Origin: a virus
Taxonomy: Duplodnaviria; Caudoviricetes
Length of the DNA: 64,000 nt
IMG/VR virus record: IMGVR_UViG_3300021254_000020
Coordinates: 192,001-256,000 of that record
Reading direction: 5' to 3' (one strand)
In this document: positions 45,301 through 52,077 of the stretch, one piece after another
Position numbering within the stretch: position 1 is the stretch's first letter
Layout: the number at the start of each line of letters is the position of its first letter
The notes under the pieces: generated by a model
The model's input: only the letters and a program-made list of their open reading frames with translations
Database searches by the model: none
Told to the model about the DNA's origin: nothing
Program-made: the position numbers and the translations under genes

Positions 45301-47248
45301 TTCCACCAATAACTCTGGTATTATTAGTTTCACTAGTTTTGGTAGTAGATGTACCACCAATATTCTTCATAGCCTCTCTAATAAGTATGGCCCTATCACT
45401 ATCGCCTTGAGCTTCTGCAATTTTGGCTTGGGTTGCCATACTATCATACAACCCCAACTCTCTACCATTAAGGTCGCTATTAGTTGCAATCCAATTTTCT
45501 ACATCTGTAAGATTACCACTAGTACGTCTCTCATACTCAGCGTGTTTAGAATTGATAACGTTGCTATTAGTACCTAAAACAATACTACGAACTTTTTGAT
45601 CAGTTTCAGCTCTTTTCACTAAGTCAAAGATCAGCTTCAATACATTCTCATTATTTCCATAAACATTGTTTGGATTATTAAGAATATCTTTGTATTGTGC
45701 ATTATCTCCGACACCTACCCCTAATCCACCTTGTTTCTGAACTCCTAATGCGAAGTCTTTAATAAGAGCATTTAACTCTTCTACATTCTTCTTAGAATTA
45801 GGATCTTTCAAGTCTATATTAAGAGTAGAATAGAGAGATTGTTTTAAATAGTTCTGAAGCTCTGCTGTATTTGCATCTGCTAATTCTTGTTCATGTTGAC
45901 GATATTTTTGACTCATCATACTAGCAGTAGTCCACTTACCAGTATCGGTAGAGAAATGTCTAGCTTCATTACCATTAAGAGCTGATTCGATATTTGCTAA
46001 GTAACTTGGAATAACTTTAGTCAGAAAATGGTGATCTTCAGCATCCCACTGTCTAGGCCCCTTTAGAGCGTTACTCATGTCAACAGTTCTTACATCAACA
46101 CTTTTAGTCTGGATACCAAAGATTTTACCAATCTCTCCTAACAGACCTGACTCAGAACTGTTACCCCAATTAGCTAACTTAGCCAAACCAGTCTGCAGCA
46201 TCCCTGTAATATTCTTATCGAATCCCTTCATTGCACCTCTAAGAGCAGGTCCAAGGAATCCCTTAAACAGTTCTTTGGTTGCAAAATGAACTGGATTAGC
46301 AACGATTCCGGCAATCATAGCAGGGATACCTGCTAGCATCATACCAGCTAATCCAAAAATGCTATCATCAAAATTAGATTTGATTACATTCAGATATTCT
46401 TTTAAATCAAAGGCTCCACCATTACCGAATGGATTCTTCGGTCTACCTTCAGTATCTGCACCAGTCTCATTCTTAAATTGAGCTCTCTTCATTTCAATGA
46501 ACTCTTTTAAGATAGCATTGTTCTCTGTAGCTAGCCTATGCATCTCAGTATAATACTGCTGACTATTCTTTGCGTGCTGTAAGATGACTTCTTGATTAAA
46601 CTGCATTATATTGTTAAACCCTTCGGTCATCTTTCCAAAACCTTGAACCATAGTATGGGTTTGACGTTCCATCATCCGATTCTGTATATTGGAAATAGTA
46701 CGCTGAGTAGCCATTTGAGCTTCGGCTATTCTAGTCTGAGCATCTACAGAAGCATGAGTTGCTCTTCTCTGTTCTCTAGCCATAGTAGTAGCTACTACAG
46801 CATCTCCTGTAGTTATAGTAGTCTCAGGCTTGACCGGCATATCCTCCATCTCTTCTGGAGTTAATTCATCATCCCCATTAAGAAGATCCATCAAATCTTC
46901 CATGCCCTCTTCTGCTAAGAGAGCTTTCATCATATCCTGAGCGCCTTGTTCTTCTGCTTTTGAAGCTCTGTCAGGATGATAGAAATTACCAGATCTAAGA
47001 TCAGCCTTTAGATTCTTCATCAGCTGATTAGCAGGTTTGAAGAGATAAGTATCTTGCATATTTTTCAGCTTCTGCATCTGGGTCTTAGATTGAGTAATAT
47101 CCTTAAATAAATCTTTGGCTGTCTGTGCATTATTTTCTATAAGAGAACTAGTAATGGGCATAGTCTCTTTAATAGCATCAAAGGCACCGAATGCCATAGA
47201 CTTACCAACTCTTTTAGTATACTCTAAAATGGATGGCATTTTAGCCAT
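30326..47248 (-). CDS. 5640-aa tape-measure-like virion protein with multiple C-terminal peptidoglycan hydrolase domains
   Basis: Long G/A/K-rich helical region with GxxG hydrophobic stretches, then C39-like, GH73 glucosaminidase, CHAP-like, phage-lysozyme-2 and Amidase_2 motifs; late motif at 47274-47287. Confidence 0.8.
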   Translation of the reverse strand: MAKMPSILEYTKRVGKSMAFGAFDAIKETMPITSSLIENNAQTAKDLFKDITQSKTQMQKLKNMQDTYLFKPANQLMKNLKADLRSGNFYHPDRASKAEEQGAQDMMKALLAEEGMEDLMDLLNGDDELTPEEMEDMPVKPETTITTGDAVVATTMAREQRRATHASVDAQTRIAEAQMATQRTISNIQNRMMERQTHTMVQGFGKMTEGFNNIMQFNQEVILQHAKNSQQYYTEMHRLATENNAILKEFIEMKRAQFKNETGADTEGRPKNPFGNGGAFDLKEYLNVIKSNFDDSIFGLAGMMLAGIPAMIAGIVANPVHFATKELFKGFLGPALRGAMKGFDKNITGMLQTGLAKLANWGNSSESGLLGEIGKIFGIQTKSVDVRTVDMSNALKGPRQWDAEDHHFLTKVIPSYLANIESALNGNEARHFSTDTGKWTTASMMSQKYRQHEQELADANTAELQNYLKQSLYSTLNIDLKDPNSKKNVEELNALIKDFALGVQKQGGLGVGVGDNAQYKDILNNPNNVYGNNENVLKLIFDLVKRAETDQKVRSIVLGTNSNVINSKHAEYERRTSGNLTDVENWIATNSDLNGRELGLYDSMATQAKIAEAQGDSDRAILIREAMKNIGGTSTTKTSETNNTRVIGGIRQTDNIVNSRNRNEMSLLDWQSRIYDVLCQIRDTRSLGKPGKGKRKKGKRNNRPNGGGGGSSSGGDDDGGDGDGGGNGDDEYSRMLHLLDSVGALDKYTLTREGAIVRNATYDVLNAREYGIKNNARTSMNVGNIDNVLHKQGSDEFNTFRTEMNRNWEKAQKGPRDYQMEYDTSITDSILGSDVSVDEINKKLNKIKGVNAKDPFFKQLAAAGTLGDKMGVISANINKLLASPRAMFTSVLTSADQMMYELLFGKDTDEIGSDGKPIKGFFGKMIHEMDKAGITLSDAISDVANKINDNKGKWWGQAKGFVKDNFNLDIDDFTAKAKDKLSFFGNNAKNSAKSILDDVKNSIKGTYTDIKEGKFNQQNKEEAPETEGESNIPGRAFGQFPAIVSKGEAVFNSDGSGTTNVTKSGVTTIDDDSVVIPSDQNPWNPSRMSANPMADYQNENRIRNRITSRISGSNGDGYSKNLPGFAEGKENLVSYLFKKISPDELAGAISPVQSLLQKYGLDPNLAIDLVADYAGGKAGGFINKLDLTPDDKEMLNNALQYVWHSPAIRNNPNLQRFAEKAIRAGGYEGKLDSNEEMLNQDYSRQTGIANGMQQFALQATGTDPAKALEETKKYIIHNTPELMKGGMAGALLGTVFPLGGPLFGAAAGAAVSLLSNNKSFMDYMFGEEIVDANGNKTGERKENGLISAKFVKSLEKYVPDAKKYGIAGTLLGAVTGFGPLGGLMMGIAGSYIKNNESANKFIFGDKGGLLNKDRKQAIKKAFPNIAAGVLSTFFLGPFGLLGNAVFGAGLGLLSTTELFKKTLLGAKDKNGVRHGGLAGAIRRHITNPLKKNMDKMKKDFGKWFRDDVTKPLGRGLKPVADEVKNILKKGSKSVLDTIEGVLRGSGGSTMEKILDFTFGGVRKAGGFGKWVAQNTVGRAVGGVASLVEGFGNRLRSAQLGNAEITDKSAAELSAELKERGIKDNKMGVGYDVISHLGRDEVTNEAKNLRALAEFYDKGTGNASKRKEGEIFSNLQSTISKITENPEYTENATLVHSDLMDLAEKLRSGDDSEKINVGDELERIMRNSNFSIQDRKELEELFKSSNESFAGIREGRKWREDGDSEVVKKSLKRIREKYFNNSIDEDDLIKMLPNLAELLENENANRDKVKGRYAEDIAKAGGVMDASMFDPEKDLELKVKEMQATAENTDALNYLTATLRGENPTKFAKSLDLVKDMRGISYAKQKSSAYLNEGLRRGQESTNAEYNANIDKLHGVNAFQTVQGLTEEAGDYVLNSKHRNKFGESFIQLNKALERGNTAIVEDFDKLFKLDPTGQAFSRIADLTILGLQIDPDQYKDIAELNDDGFKTAVEFVKMQIPVKDFSIFKDLEPAVAQNMIKFAAAQVTLEDGSVTTIGQQMIADEIQKLWTEGEHREGLAYKAGLDSSFSWVDEYSNPKNPNYHVFQNSITKSTEDRNSIKNQYKQGGMSGLEFDAITNGTTNAEIGALTGKYNGVVGAAQTVGKKALGLSKWAANKALDIGIWGADKATGRMKLGSNLAAAGRTGYAIATSPQFSQDLGALYGRKAWNATVGDKIIEKVSTMLGDNVESMIIAAMYHPEETYEIAEAIYNKELNVEDGLSKFKELIGSSREMLAEDSMTSAQKRAKELEENDVSGKISELEEKLKDPNLSKKEKRSLRKELRKAKGMPQHAWGKAISTGAKAFEKGGWKGVAKGLFGGTLLGSLFGGDDDEEEKEKEKKDESNSADAEQDTAGGISSDAATAAGAAIGAIHSGNTVMGSAMSAPLKRGETMIIPTAYGPKTFTTSSTDGGMMAAHTKDNSEVDAKEQADIDRKERSLTALEKISNKLGNAGKKVKGAAKAAGGGLLDSLLGLAGLPFKVLGGLVDSLGALPFIGPLFLAVLGPIKNTFGKLAGKLGAEAAEDTAKAGAKAGAKAGAKSGGLVKGVIKTIFGSKVGKVLALAAAFLGYNLYDDAKAEASASSSSDKDNEDKKEAQKAKPGKRKDDSVSASGIYDDITGKDYENKGFIGKTVDNFLTPFGKAWETFKDHPILSTLGVTAGGAALAGLNGWRKGSTTGVGNAIVKGLPKFGKLGKALAIGAGALGIGSAAKAVYDNSERAQHIKGDTLFNIRAYPEAYDKFGELSYKEQAQCDAYMAAGKKPEEILNWLERVRRLNHGKRLGEDEKGNSNARTKNDETLSSAGDTLKSGGRSLAISVASDKAARLWTKAPEGSFKHSLVSGGLATAYKFADGDYEGAADAGLGFAKNVGLTYASNKAFNWGIDKANRYADNAVQDLVNKYNSKPEFQKGVKDLVKKGMTPEAAQRKLAQDFAEKEGIKVFSKQGIAKGIRKVGEAASHLGTWGKAAAVGTGVIGGSYIMNTDEGAEDEAKNSIKQLGGNIVGAKAGEMLGARLGGGWKSRILGAVIGGQAGGMAMGGDFSVSDMVIDTGIAGVSTYMDWRKKGAAPSSIPDDVRAKISPEQLDKLDKATEQIKAKEVRKAEIEKELKDPATSKSKARKLNAEMKTLNNDISKLTNKSKSIIGAAEKAAGKTATKAAETAKDATKAVQAGEKAAADAAKSSTSFMEKTSKTFKDAKDVITSKASNIATTAKTGIKDAAKAAEEVAENKGLITKIKEVIGYIRDGAAKYIPGGDKWKKGINVLCDAFEKHILSKQTFETVKKKVAQQASRFIPVIGWVLTAAFVASGVYEGLVHTEEILSIPPGTATLGMKAFAAILGVITAAPIFGLVPAKTWVDIAMKVCDAFDFGAEDLRKLRKQKEKDDKLTKDMADDKLVAKQNDYLQQQQTAHRKDGDWDKNISDSVRKDIDQRVKTTAEKHKDDPNFDKKKYEEMHKKSISEQVAITKKAGEDAVNKMQGNDKPQGKSLVRRGLDWASEKWDSFWGNDKNKDTHGGKFGNGKFGRGEEVPDYNKIDPQNDSITVIKAKQAAQEKAKAEAKIAESKPVTAEPVSKPIVAEQTSKPTTPEPVSKPTPATPDYNKIDPQNDSITVIKAKQAAQEKAKAEAKIAESKPVTAEPVSKPTKAVPEYNKIDKQNDSLTVVKAKQAAQEKIKSEFKSAQESAPIAKDQRPIARQDVGPLANKRFNTSQDTSKETVSSSACAAYSLENAFNGLEGQDPSGKRIGSLVKESLRFKHKDDGVDPGFIHKAATSRGYEAKDVNKSEFANAINSGKKVIGMGQSNKPGGPWGPGMHYEQFEKGSKPGYAKVYDSEESQVREYPIKDISNGMTNAVSLSKGTKDKRGVFTSNLTKMRRKAFMKGKGKYPWWFGRGKDFMNPEEIAIEISKNTKLPPELIWAQMSLETGHFESDLAKEHNYGGVKSAEGDAGFNNPRTQDNYTWTVTGEDNRHHSFFDNDQSFVNYMSWYYPRYKDEGLLEAKSPAEWAAALKRGGYYTADEGQYASNIEGIIKGDPEAVKRLQENRPSDAAPLSMTGGSGSKGGNASGSSRGGGNGGLLGAFWDAVKALLPGSMVGYVFGNDAFGSNGGSTGSSSSSGPYSSFGGGNIAEASKWAKSMEGTTGYGNNGCTEFVKRYLKKAGHKLGDYMEDCSPIQEEVKAAASHIPPSVDNTKAVTLMWVPTLEQWAKDKGYFKDASQGGAEGDVCICNDHGHVIIADGQGGYWGNSSSKNKIVHGDSISGHYSSVQGYIATGSGNSVVSNDATTRTQAEMNADAGSSNAGVGQGKYGRGSQDSTMMQDLAMANSMDPIKDISAQLKPTTNFGETKAERTYAFGQGKYGREKSTGNDGGKLWTYMKSKGLSNQTTAGILGNFMAESSLYSDRLQNHDPSNGSDNCPVDGVTGYGLAQWTSDDRQQRLKDFAKSQGTQDSDWKTQIDYMLSGKDGNVKDMFATMDSQSPEDAAITFHDQFERSADDAQKKQRRAVFAREFYDKEGQGVSSDSSFSGGTNGSSGSSAKKDAGLMGWFKTELDKQISSSPAGAIWRAVYGSPNSSGNSGSSGGANAAAGSSLAGVKETGLTFSGELEKRSATNRIIVHHTGPGDDKTDPDAKTIHGWHQKNGWSGIGYHFVIRKDGSIERGRPEEMVGSHAQGSNSDSIGIHVGGAFEEYQPTEAQIGSLINLIRDLCKKYNIPVDRKHVIGHKEVNETSCPGANLYSKLDDIVKKASSGGVKNASVPQTTNPATPASSNTAAESKKEDAVATSSGGDEGKVDKNGNADIYSQEHDFVKQNNANGTVFSKNDIDYLVNQGYSTSEAVQYLRSQGQGKYGRGKYGRGAWDQAKNGIKAVAGPAAEAILDDPLVSAGMTLAGMTNPLGVAVNGASMVADSAERVQEEIENGNYHVNDYNADSYDDPSSNEYPQGKYGRGKFGRGGAYFGFTIFADGMPRDASKITITRDVESQCGVTLSNSSFVKGGRWKGFFKHGPKGEQESKELAGKVAQVLSQHGVSVVDTKFSTGNLPGTTVSPTIAPASTAAQAQTASPATNTPTSDTANNGVYKSNLAKMREQAFINKSATPAAVPQVPKAEPTVPSANPTNNGVYESTLTKMRRQAFIKEAPAAQATPVQEPVKTAAAVPPVPKAEPVPPSQVIKPEAKKATEFSDPTILGKAAGPTPNPANAEQKKEEAVKDKPKSDAKKQRGIGGWFNRIAGTVRDFFSGGKREESTTQAPYGVGPNGLPYTKNDVDYLLKQGYTKEQAIDILSKDKRYTQKTSKSDAKKQRGIGGWFNRIAGTVRDIFSGANRNAKVTETEASYGVGPNGLPYTKNDVDYLLKQGYTKEQAIDILSKDKRYTQKTSKDGDKTAPYGVGPNGLPYTKNDVDYLLKQGYTKEQAIDILSKDKRYTKKLTPREKAKVTAKTGRPMDPFSQIFNNIANIFNPTRASMQEAINLGNTAKSQTSNTSMIIGDESSGTSEEDTTNTSTTVNKVTGASRVPVRTTATQKVAEAPTNFTELLEEQKKTNSLLEGILKAIVANGQGTTKQTTPNVPGMSVFGGNSGYMAELNGKSYTPIAKSLDWISEPK
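30862..31492 (-). repeat. intragenic near-identical repeats (3x YGVGPNGLPYTKNDVDYLLKQGYTKEQAIDILSKDKRY; 2x KSDAKKQRGIGGWFNRIAGTVRD)
   Basis: DNA copies of about 120 bp near 30862, 31015 and 31263; about 65-bp copies near 31186 and 31428. Confidence 0.9.
36174..36515 (-). repeat. intragenic 138-bp direct repeat (PDYNKIDPQNDSITVIKAKQAAQEKAKAE...)
   Basis: 36174-36311 and 36378-36515 read as identical; a third, diverged copy lies near 36080-36160. Confidence 0.9.
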
Positions 47249-47342
47249 ATCTAATCACCCTCCTTTCGTCTCAATTATAGCTATGTCGAGGCAGTAAAAT
47301 CTCCCTAGGACCTTAAATCCTAGGGAGAAAAGGAGTGTATAT

Positions 47343-47957
47343 TTAATGAATTACAAACCAGCAAAAAACAATACCAGTACCAACGCCTCCACAGAAATAA
47401 ATAAGTCTATGATATTCTACAGCAAAATCTAAATCCTTTTTGCTATAAATAGGCTTATCAGGATCTGCATCTAAGATCTCATCTAACTCATCATCAATCT
47501 GATTGTTGCTCTCTTTCGTTTTCTTCTCGTTCTCCATCTCTTGAGCCCCTAGAGATTCTGACTTCTTCGATTCTCCAGGGGCATTCAGATTTGGGTTATC
47601 GGCCTCTAGTTCTAAGGTTATATGAGTATCATTGGTACCTTCACCGATCTCCTTAATAGCGTTAGATAGATTCTGTAATCGTACAGCAGTCCAACCAGAA
47701 TGGTCTAAAATATATTTGATTCTCTGATAATAAGCATCAGTTTCCTCGTGTATGTTTTGGGCCTGACATACTGCATTGGTGATAGCCTCATTAGCTTGGT
47801 TGATCTGCATTATAGCTTGAGCTATTCGTGCTTCTATTACTGGTACGTTTAATCTCTTTAACTTCTTATCAAAGTCCATGACTTTCTTAATCAGCATAAG
47901 AGATATTACTGACAGAAATATCACCATTATCCATACAGAATCAATGGTTATTTCCAT
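47343..47957 (-). CDS. membrane protein with coiled coil
   Basis: Hydrophobic helices at both termini; followed by TCTCCCTAGGA/TCCTAGGGAGA hairpin. Confidence 0.7.
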   Translation of the reverse strand: MEITIDSVWIMVIFLSVISLMLIKKVMDFDKKLKRLNVPVIEARIAQAIMQINQANEAITNAVCQAQNIHEETDAYYQRIKYILDHSGWTAVRLQNLSNAIKEIGEGTNDTHITLELEADNPNLNAPGESKKSESLGAQEMENEKKTKESNNQIDDELDEILDADPDKPIYSKKDLDFAVEYHRLIYFCGGVGTGIVFCWFVIH

Positions 47958-47968
47958 AATAAATCACC

Positions 47969-48154
47969 TCACAGATTAGGATCGCCAACATTGTTACCAT
48001 GATCATCTGGTTTCCAGGAACTGGGGATGTGCTCTACAGGAACGTTTGGATGTTTTATTTTCTTATTGAAATTATACACCTGTTTTGCTAATAGCATAAC
48101 TATTCCGAATAGAACCATTATTACAGCCCAAAGAGGATCAATAATTATTTCCAT
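47969..48154 (-). CDS. small chimeric membrane protein
   Basis: N-terminus paralogous to 47343-47957; C-terminus NNVGDPNL copies the end of 48166-49692; GAGGTG RBS. Confidence 0.65.
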   Translation of the reverse strand: MEIIIDPLWAVIMVLFGIVMLLAKQVYNFNKKIKHPNVPVEHIPSSWKPDDHGNNVGDPNL

Positions 48155-48165
48155 AATAAATCACC

Positions 48166-49692
48166 TCACAGATTAGGACCGCCAACATTGTTTACCCTAA
48201 TCATCTGCTCTCCAGGAGCTGGAGTATACTTAGCTGGTTGGACTTTAGGAGTCTTGTCAAGAACCAATGTCTTCTTAGCCTTAGGAGTGTTCTTACCAGC
48301 TATGATAACTTCTGAGCTAGAGTTCATACCTCTCTCTTCCAAGAACTTACGTTTAGCTGCATCCCCTACGAAAGCAGTATCTGGGAGGGTTATATTTACA
48401 TGGTCAGATCTGCATCCCAAATTGGTAGCAGATTCTGGTTGATACGGTTCGTCTAGAACCGTGACTTCGAATGTCTTGTAGTTATATACTACATTCTCGA
48501 TCATAAGAGTATAAGCAGCACGATTAAGAAGAATATCGTCGTGGTGATCATTTATATTGATATAACGATGTACTCCTTTGTGAGTGATATTAAATTGAGC
48601 TTCAGTATCGCCTTTAGAGATAGAGCAATTAGCTCTAGTCCGTAATTTCTCCATCTCAATATTCTTCTCAATCTCACCTGAGCTGAGGGATACAGCTTGA
48701 GTAGGTTTAGCAACCTTCTTCTCAACTACTTTAGCCGATTCTGTCTTTTCATTAAGAAACCTAGGCTCTATCCTTGATTTAGGATCAAATTTAGGAAGTT
48801 CCGCTACTTCAGGCTTGGTCGATTCAAAGTACTCCTCTCTAGTTATCGGTTTAACAGTCTCATTATTTTCAGCAGACTTGGTACTCTCTAGAATCTCCTC
48901 TTTAGTCATCTTTCTAATATAATCATCAGGATCGTATTTGATTGCGACTAGTTTTGGTTCTTCTTGAACTTGATCGAACTTATATTCAGGATTGTGTCTT
49001 TCCGTAGAGATAATAGGAGGAAGTTTCGATTTCTCTTTTACTTCCTCGACTTTTTCCTTCTCCGGTTTAACCACCAGTTTACTAGTCTCGTTGGAATTAT
49101 CTTGTCTAGAATCGACGCAGTTATTATGTGTCGTAGCTCGATCCCTTCCATCTTCAACCAATATATCATGATTGTTGTCATTTGTCTTGGAGACACTATT
49201 CTGTACTCTTCCGTAAGGGCTCCCATTTTTGATAGTTGCGCTTTGGCTATTAGTGGCTTCATGCCAAAATCTGCTTTGCTTTTCAACTAGATCCCTCGCT
49301 TTCCACTTGTTTGAGATCAATCTCTCAATATATTTTCTCTTACTCATCGAGAGGGAAATAAAGGTTACTCTGAATTGGTAACTAAGTGTACCATCTTTAC
49401 GGTTGATAAATATCTTCCAACCAAAAGCCAGAGAATCATCTGTGAGGAATCCTACTTCTTTAGCAGATATAGAGAAGGAGAGAGTATTTGGATATAACTC
49501 ATTATGCGGAGAAGGAATATTCTCATTGATAACTTTAGTCATGTGAGTAACTACATTATCATATGCTGGTACTATACCTCCATATACCTCTAATTCAGGA
49601 ATTATCTTGATTAATTCCTCATATCCTCTAGGAAAGTTATCGAACTCCTTTATATAAGTAAAGGTAGGATTTTTATCTCTTTTATTACCCAT
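48166..49692 (-). CDS. hypothetical protein
   Basis: 508 aa, AAGGAG RBS. Confidence 0.75.
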   Translation of the reverse strand: MGNKRDKNPTFTYIKEFDNFPRGYEELIKIIPELEVYGGIVPAYDNVVTHMTKVINENIPSPHNELYPNTLSFSISAKEVGFLTDDSLAFGWKIFINRKDGTLSYQFRVTFISLSMSKRKYIERLISNKWKARDLVEKQSRFWHEATNSQSATIKNGSPYGRVQNSVSKTNDNNHDILVEDGRDRATTHNNCVDSRQDNSNETSKLVVKPEKEKVEEVKEKSKLPPIISTERHNPEYKFDQVQEEPKLVAIKYDPDDYIRKMTKEEILESTKSAENNETVKPITREEYFESTKPEVAELPKFDPKSRIEPRFLNEKTESAKVVEKKVAKPTQAVSLSSGEIEKNIEMEKLRTRANCSISKGDTEAQFNITHKGVHRYININDHHDDILLNRAAYTLMIENVVYNYKTFEVTVLDEPYQPESATNLGCRSDHVNITLPDTAFVGDAAKRKFLEERGMNSSSEVIIAGKNTPKAKKTLVLDKTPKVQPAKYTPAPGEQMIRVNNVGGPNL

Positions 49693-49718
49693 TACAGATC
49701 TGTCTCCTTTCAGCCTGT

Positions 49719-51125
49719 TTATTTTAAATTTTCGTTCTGTTGAATTAGCTTTCCAGCATCTTCAAGATTATCTACTTTGATAGGTTCTGGGTTGACAACA
49801 ACCTCTTCATCTACATTGTCTATATCTACTTCAAACATCAACGGGTCTGTATCTTTTTTCGGAATATCACCGCGCCGGGCATCTGCTGCATAATTGATGA
49901 ACTTCTCTCTGTCCTCATCATTATGTATAACCAGGTCCATAGTCTCATTAGCTGCTAAACGAATCTCTTTTTGAGCTGATGAATGACAACGGAGCTGTAA
50001 GAACTTAGCCCAGTTAGTATAGGTCATAGTCATAAGCAGTTGAGTAGTTACATTGCTAGGCAACCATGCTCTAGCATCTTCTTTGGTTATCTTATTACTG
50101 ATTAGATATTTATACATAATGAAGGGATCATTCTCTTTAATCTTCTCACGTACGTATCCAAAGTAAGGATGATCTTTATAACGTTCACTATAGTTCATGA
50201 TTATAGGATCTACAAAGTCTACCTTCTTATTATAATCATGAGTTACATAGCGTTGACTCTCTTGAGAAATACCATTACGATGACGAACCAACTGATGAGA
50301 ACATGTACGGCTGATATCATGGAAGCGGAAAGTAAGAGTAGCTACCTTGTAGGTATCATTTAAACCAAATCCATATTCATATAGAATATCTCTAATCTTC
50401 TTAAGAGGAGATTGATAAACGAGATCAACTCGTTCTCCTTCTATCTCTTCTGGATCAGTATATTCACATTCAGCAGTATAGTTATCAGTACTATCCTTGG
50501 ATTCTCTAGGATTCTTAACCTGAGTAATTTCATCCTTAGTGAGTTTGATATCCCCATCACCAAGATAAGTACACTTATCTTCTGCTAAGTAACAGTGTTC
50601 AATAGCACTAATGAGGAAGCACTTCTCATAAGTATGATACATTGCCTCTTCAATCCAAGGGAGGAATCGATTATCATATTTTACTTCTCTTAAGAGATGC
50701 AGCCAAGCTCGTGCACTACCACCAATAAGGAGTGCTGTTGCATCCACACTCTCTCTAACAGATACATTGCAGTATTTAGCCTGAGCAAGGATATCAGCGA
50801 AGTCTGCAGGATACAGAGAGATATTATGATTAGGAATAGAGAGGATAACAATAGCATTGGTGTGTTCCATTACCGATTCGTGTCCTCTACGAGCTACCTT
50901 CTCAATATATTTCATTCTAGCTTCATTATCACCTTCTATTGGAAGTTTACCAATGCAAATTCTAGCCCCTCTATTGGCTAGATATACATTTGGGTTTACA
51001 TGCACCACTCTTAGCATATCGTCATGATATGGAATAAAAGTATCTTCCACAGGCTTAATAGTAGTAGTATTAGAACTACCAAAAATTTTGTTCATTAGAT
51101 CTTTTAAGATACCCATTGTCAACAC
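49719..51125 (-). CDS. thyX: FAD-dependent thymidylate synthase (extended form)
   Basis: GHESVMEH; SRTCSHQLVRHRNGISQESQRYV (RHRx7S-type motif); EDARAWLP; LRCHSSAQKEIR. The start may be the ATG at 51116. Confidence 0.9.
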   Translation of the reverse strand: MLTMGILKDLMNKIFGSSNTTTIKPVEDTFIPYHDDMLRVVHVNPNVYLANRGARICIGKLPIEGDNEARMKYIEKVARRGHESVMEHTNAIVILSIPNHNISLYPADFADILAQAKYCNVSVRESVDATALLIGGSARAWLHLLREVKYDNRFLPWIEEAMYHTYEKCFLISAIEHCYLAEDKCTYLGDGDIKLTKDEITQVKNPRESKDSTDNYTAECEYTDPEEIEGERVDLVYQSPLKKIRDILYEYGFGLNDTYKVATLTFRFHDISRTCSHQLVRHRNGISQESQRYVTHDYNKKVDFVDPIIMNYSERYKDHPYFGYVREKIKENDPFIMYKYLISNKITKEDARAWLPSNVTTQLLMTMTYTNWAKFLQLRCHSSAQKEIRLAANETMDLVIHNDEDREKFINYAADARRGDIPKKDTDPLMFEVDIDNVDEEVVVNPEPIKVDNLEDAGKLIQQNENLK

Positions 51126-51265
51126 TCCTTTGAGTATTATATAGAACCGTTTATATCTATTATCTTGTCAATTATAATAGAAAAAATAACAAGGGAGTCA
51201 AAAAAAATTTGGCCCACTAGGGGCCAAAATTATTATAAACTGTTTTTCATATATATGTAGTAGTA

Positions 51266-51442
51266 TCAGTGTTTTACAATCTGATCAGCTACGAACTGGT
51301 ACCCTTTGTATAACCCGTATAATCCTACAATTGTAAAGGTGGCTATAATACCTCCTCTGGTCTCAGCATCTCTAATTTGCTGATGCATAGCTTCCTTGAG
51401 TTCCTGAGCATTCTGGATTCCGTTATAAGTTTTCTGGCACAT
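51266..51442 (-). CDS. small membrane protein (58 aa, not in ORF track)
   Basis: MCQKTYNGIQNAQELKEAM...YIATFTIVGLYGLYKGYQFVADQIVKH; AAAGGGG RBS as in neighbouring genes. Confidence 0.55.
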   Translation of the reverse strand: MCQKTYNGIQNAQELKEAMHQQIRDAETRGGIIATFTIVGLYGLYKGYQFVADQIVKH

Positions 51443-51458
51443 AAGTCATACCCCTTTC

Positions 51459-51710
51459 TTATTTGCTTTCTACGCTTTTCTTATTCTGGCTTTCAACGAA
51501 TTCATCAACCATCTGGTCAACTTCTTTTGCTGCTTCAGCGTACAACTCATTTTTGGCTTCGTCCACTGCAGCACCAAATCGACCCATTGCCCAAATAGTA
51601 GCGACACCAGTAGCGATAATCAAACCAACTTTTACTATAATTTCTTTCCCAGAAGGTTCCGGAGCTACCTTGACAATTGGATTCTGAACTTTGTAATTGA
51701 ACTTTAACAT
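51459..51710 (-). CDS. small early membrane protein
   Basis: VGLIIATGVATIWAMG helix followed by coil. Confidence 0.65.
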   Translation of the reverse strand: MLKFNYKVQNPIVKVAPEPSGKEIIVKVGLIIATGVATIWAMGRFGAAVDEAKNELYAEAAKEVDQMVDEFVESQNKKSVESK

Positions 51711-51730
51711 GATTAATTACCCCTTTCTAA

Positions 51731-51916
51731 TTATGCATTATTTTCTTTTGCTGGGAGAACTTTTGCCATTAAAAAGCTTCCTAACGCAGTACCAACGGCG
51801 CAGGCCATACCTGCAATGAAATTGTCTTTAGCAATAATGAACTCGGCTTTGGATTTCTTTCCACCAGGAAGATTTGCTTTGAACTTTTCCCACTTGGTTT
51901 CTTTTTTCCAGAACAT
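51731..51916 (-). CDS. small early membrane protein
   Basis: FIAGMACAVGTALGSFLMA helix; AAGGAGG RBS; early motif at 51996-52011. Confidence 0.65.
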   Translation of the reverse strand: MFWKKETKWEKFKANLPGGKKSKAEFIIAKDNFIAGMACAVGTALGSFLMAKVLPAKENNA

Positions 51917-52077
51917 GGTATTTACCTCCTTTAAGGTACCATTATAAGAGGATCATACTTATTTGACTAACATATGTGCTAATCTTATCCTCTTTTCACC
52001 TTAATAATATACAACCATAAAAACGCACTTTTACAAAATTTAACGTAGGTAGACTCTACGTCTACCTACACTTATTT

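Noticed and set aside
30438-47297. Many plus-strand ORFs inside the giant gene (and similar shadow ORFs elsewhere, e.g. 19835-20467, 21694-22269)
   Set aside because: Antisense shadows of long coding frames, without RBSs or protein-like composition.
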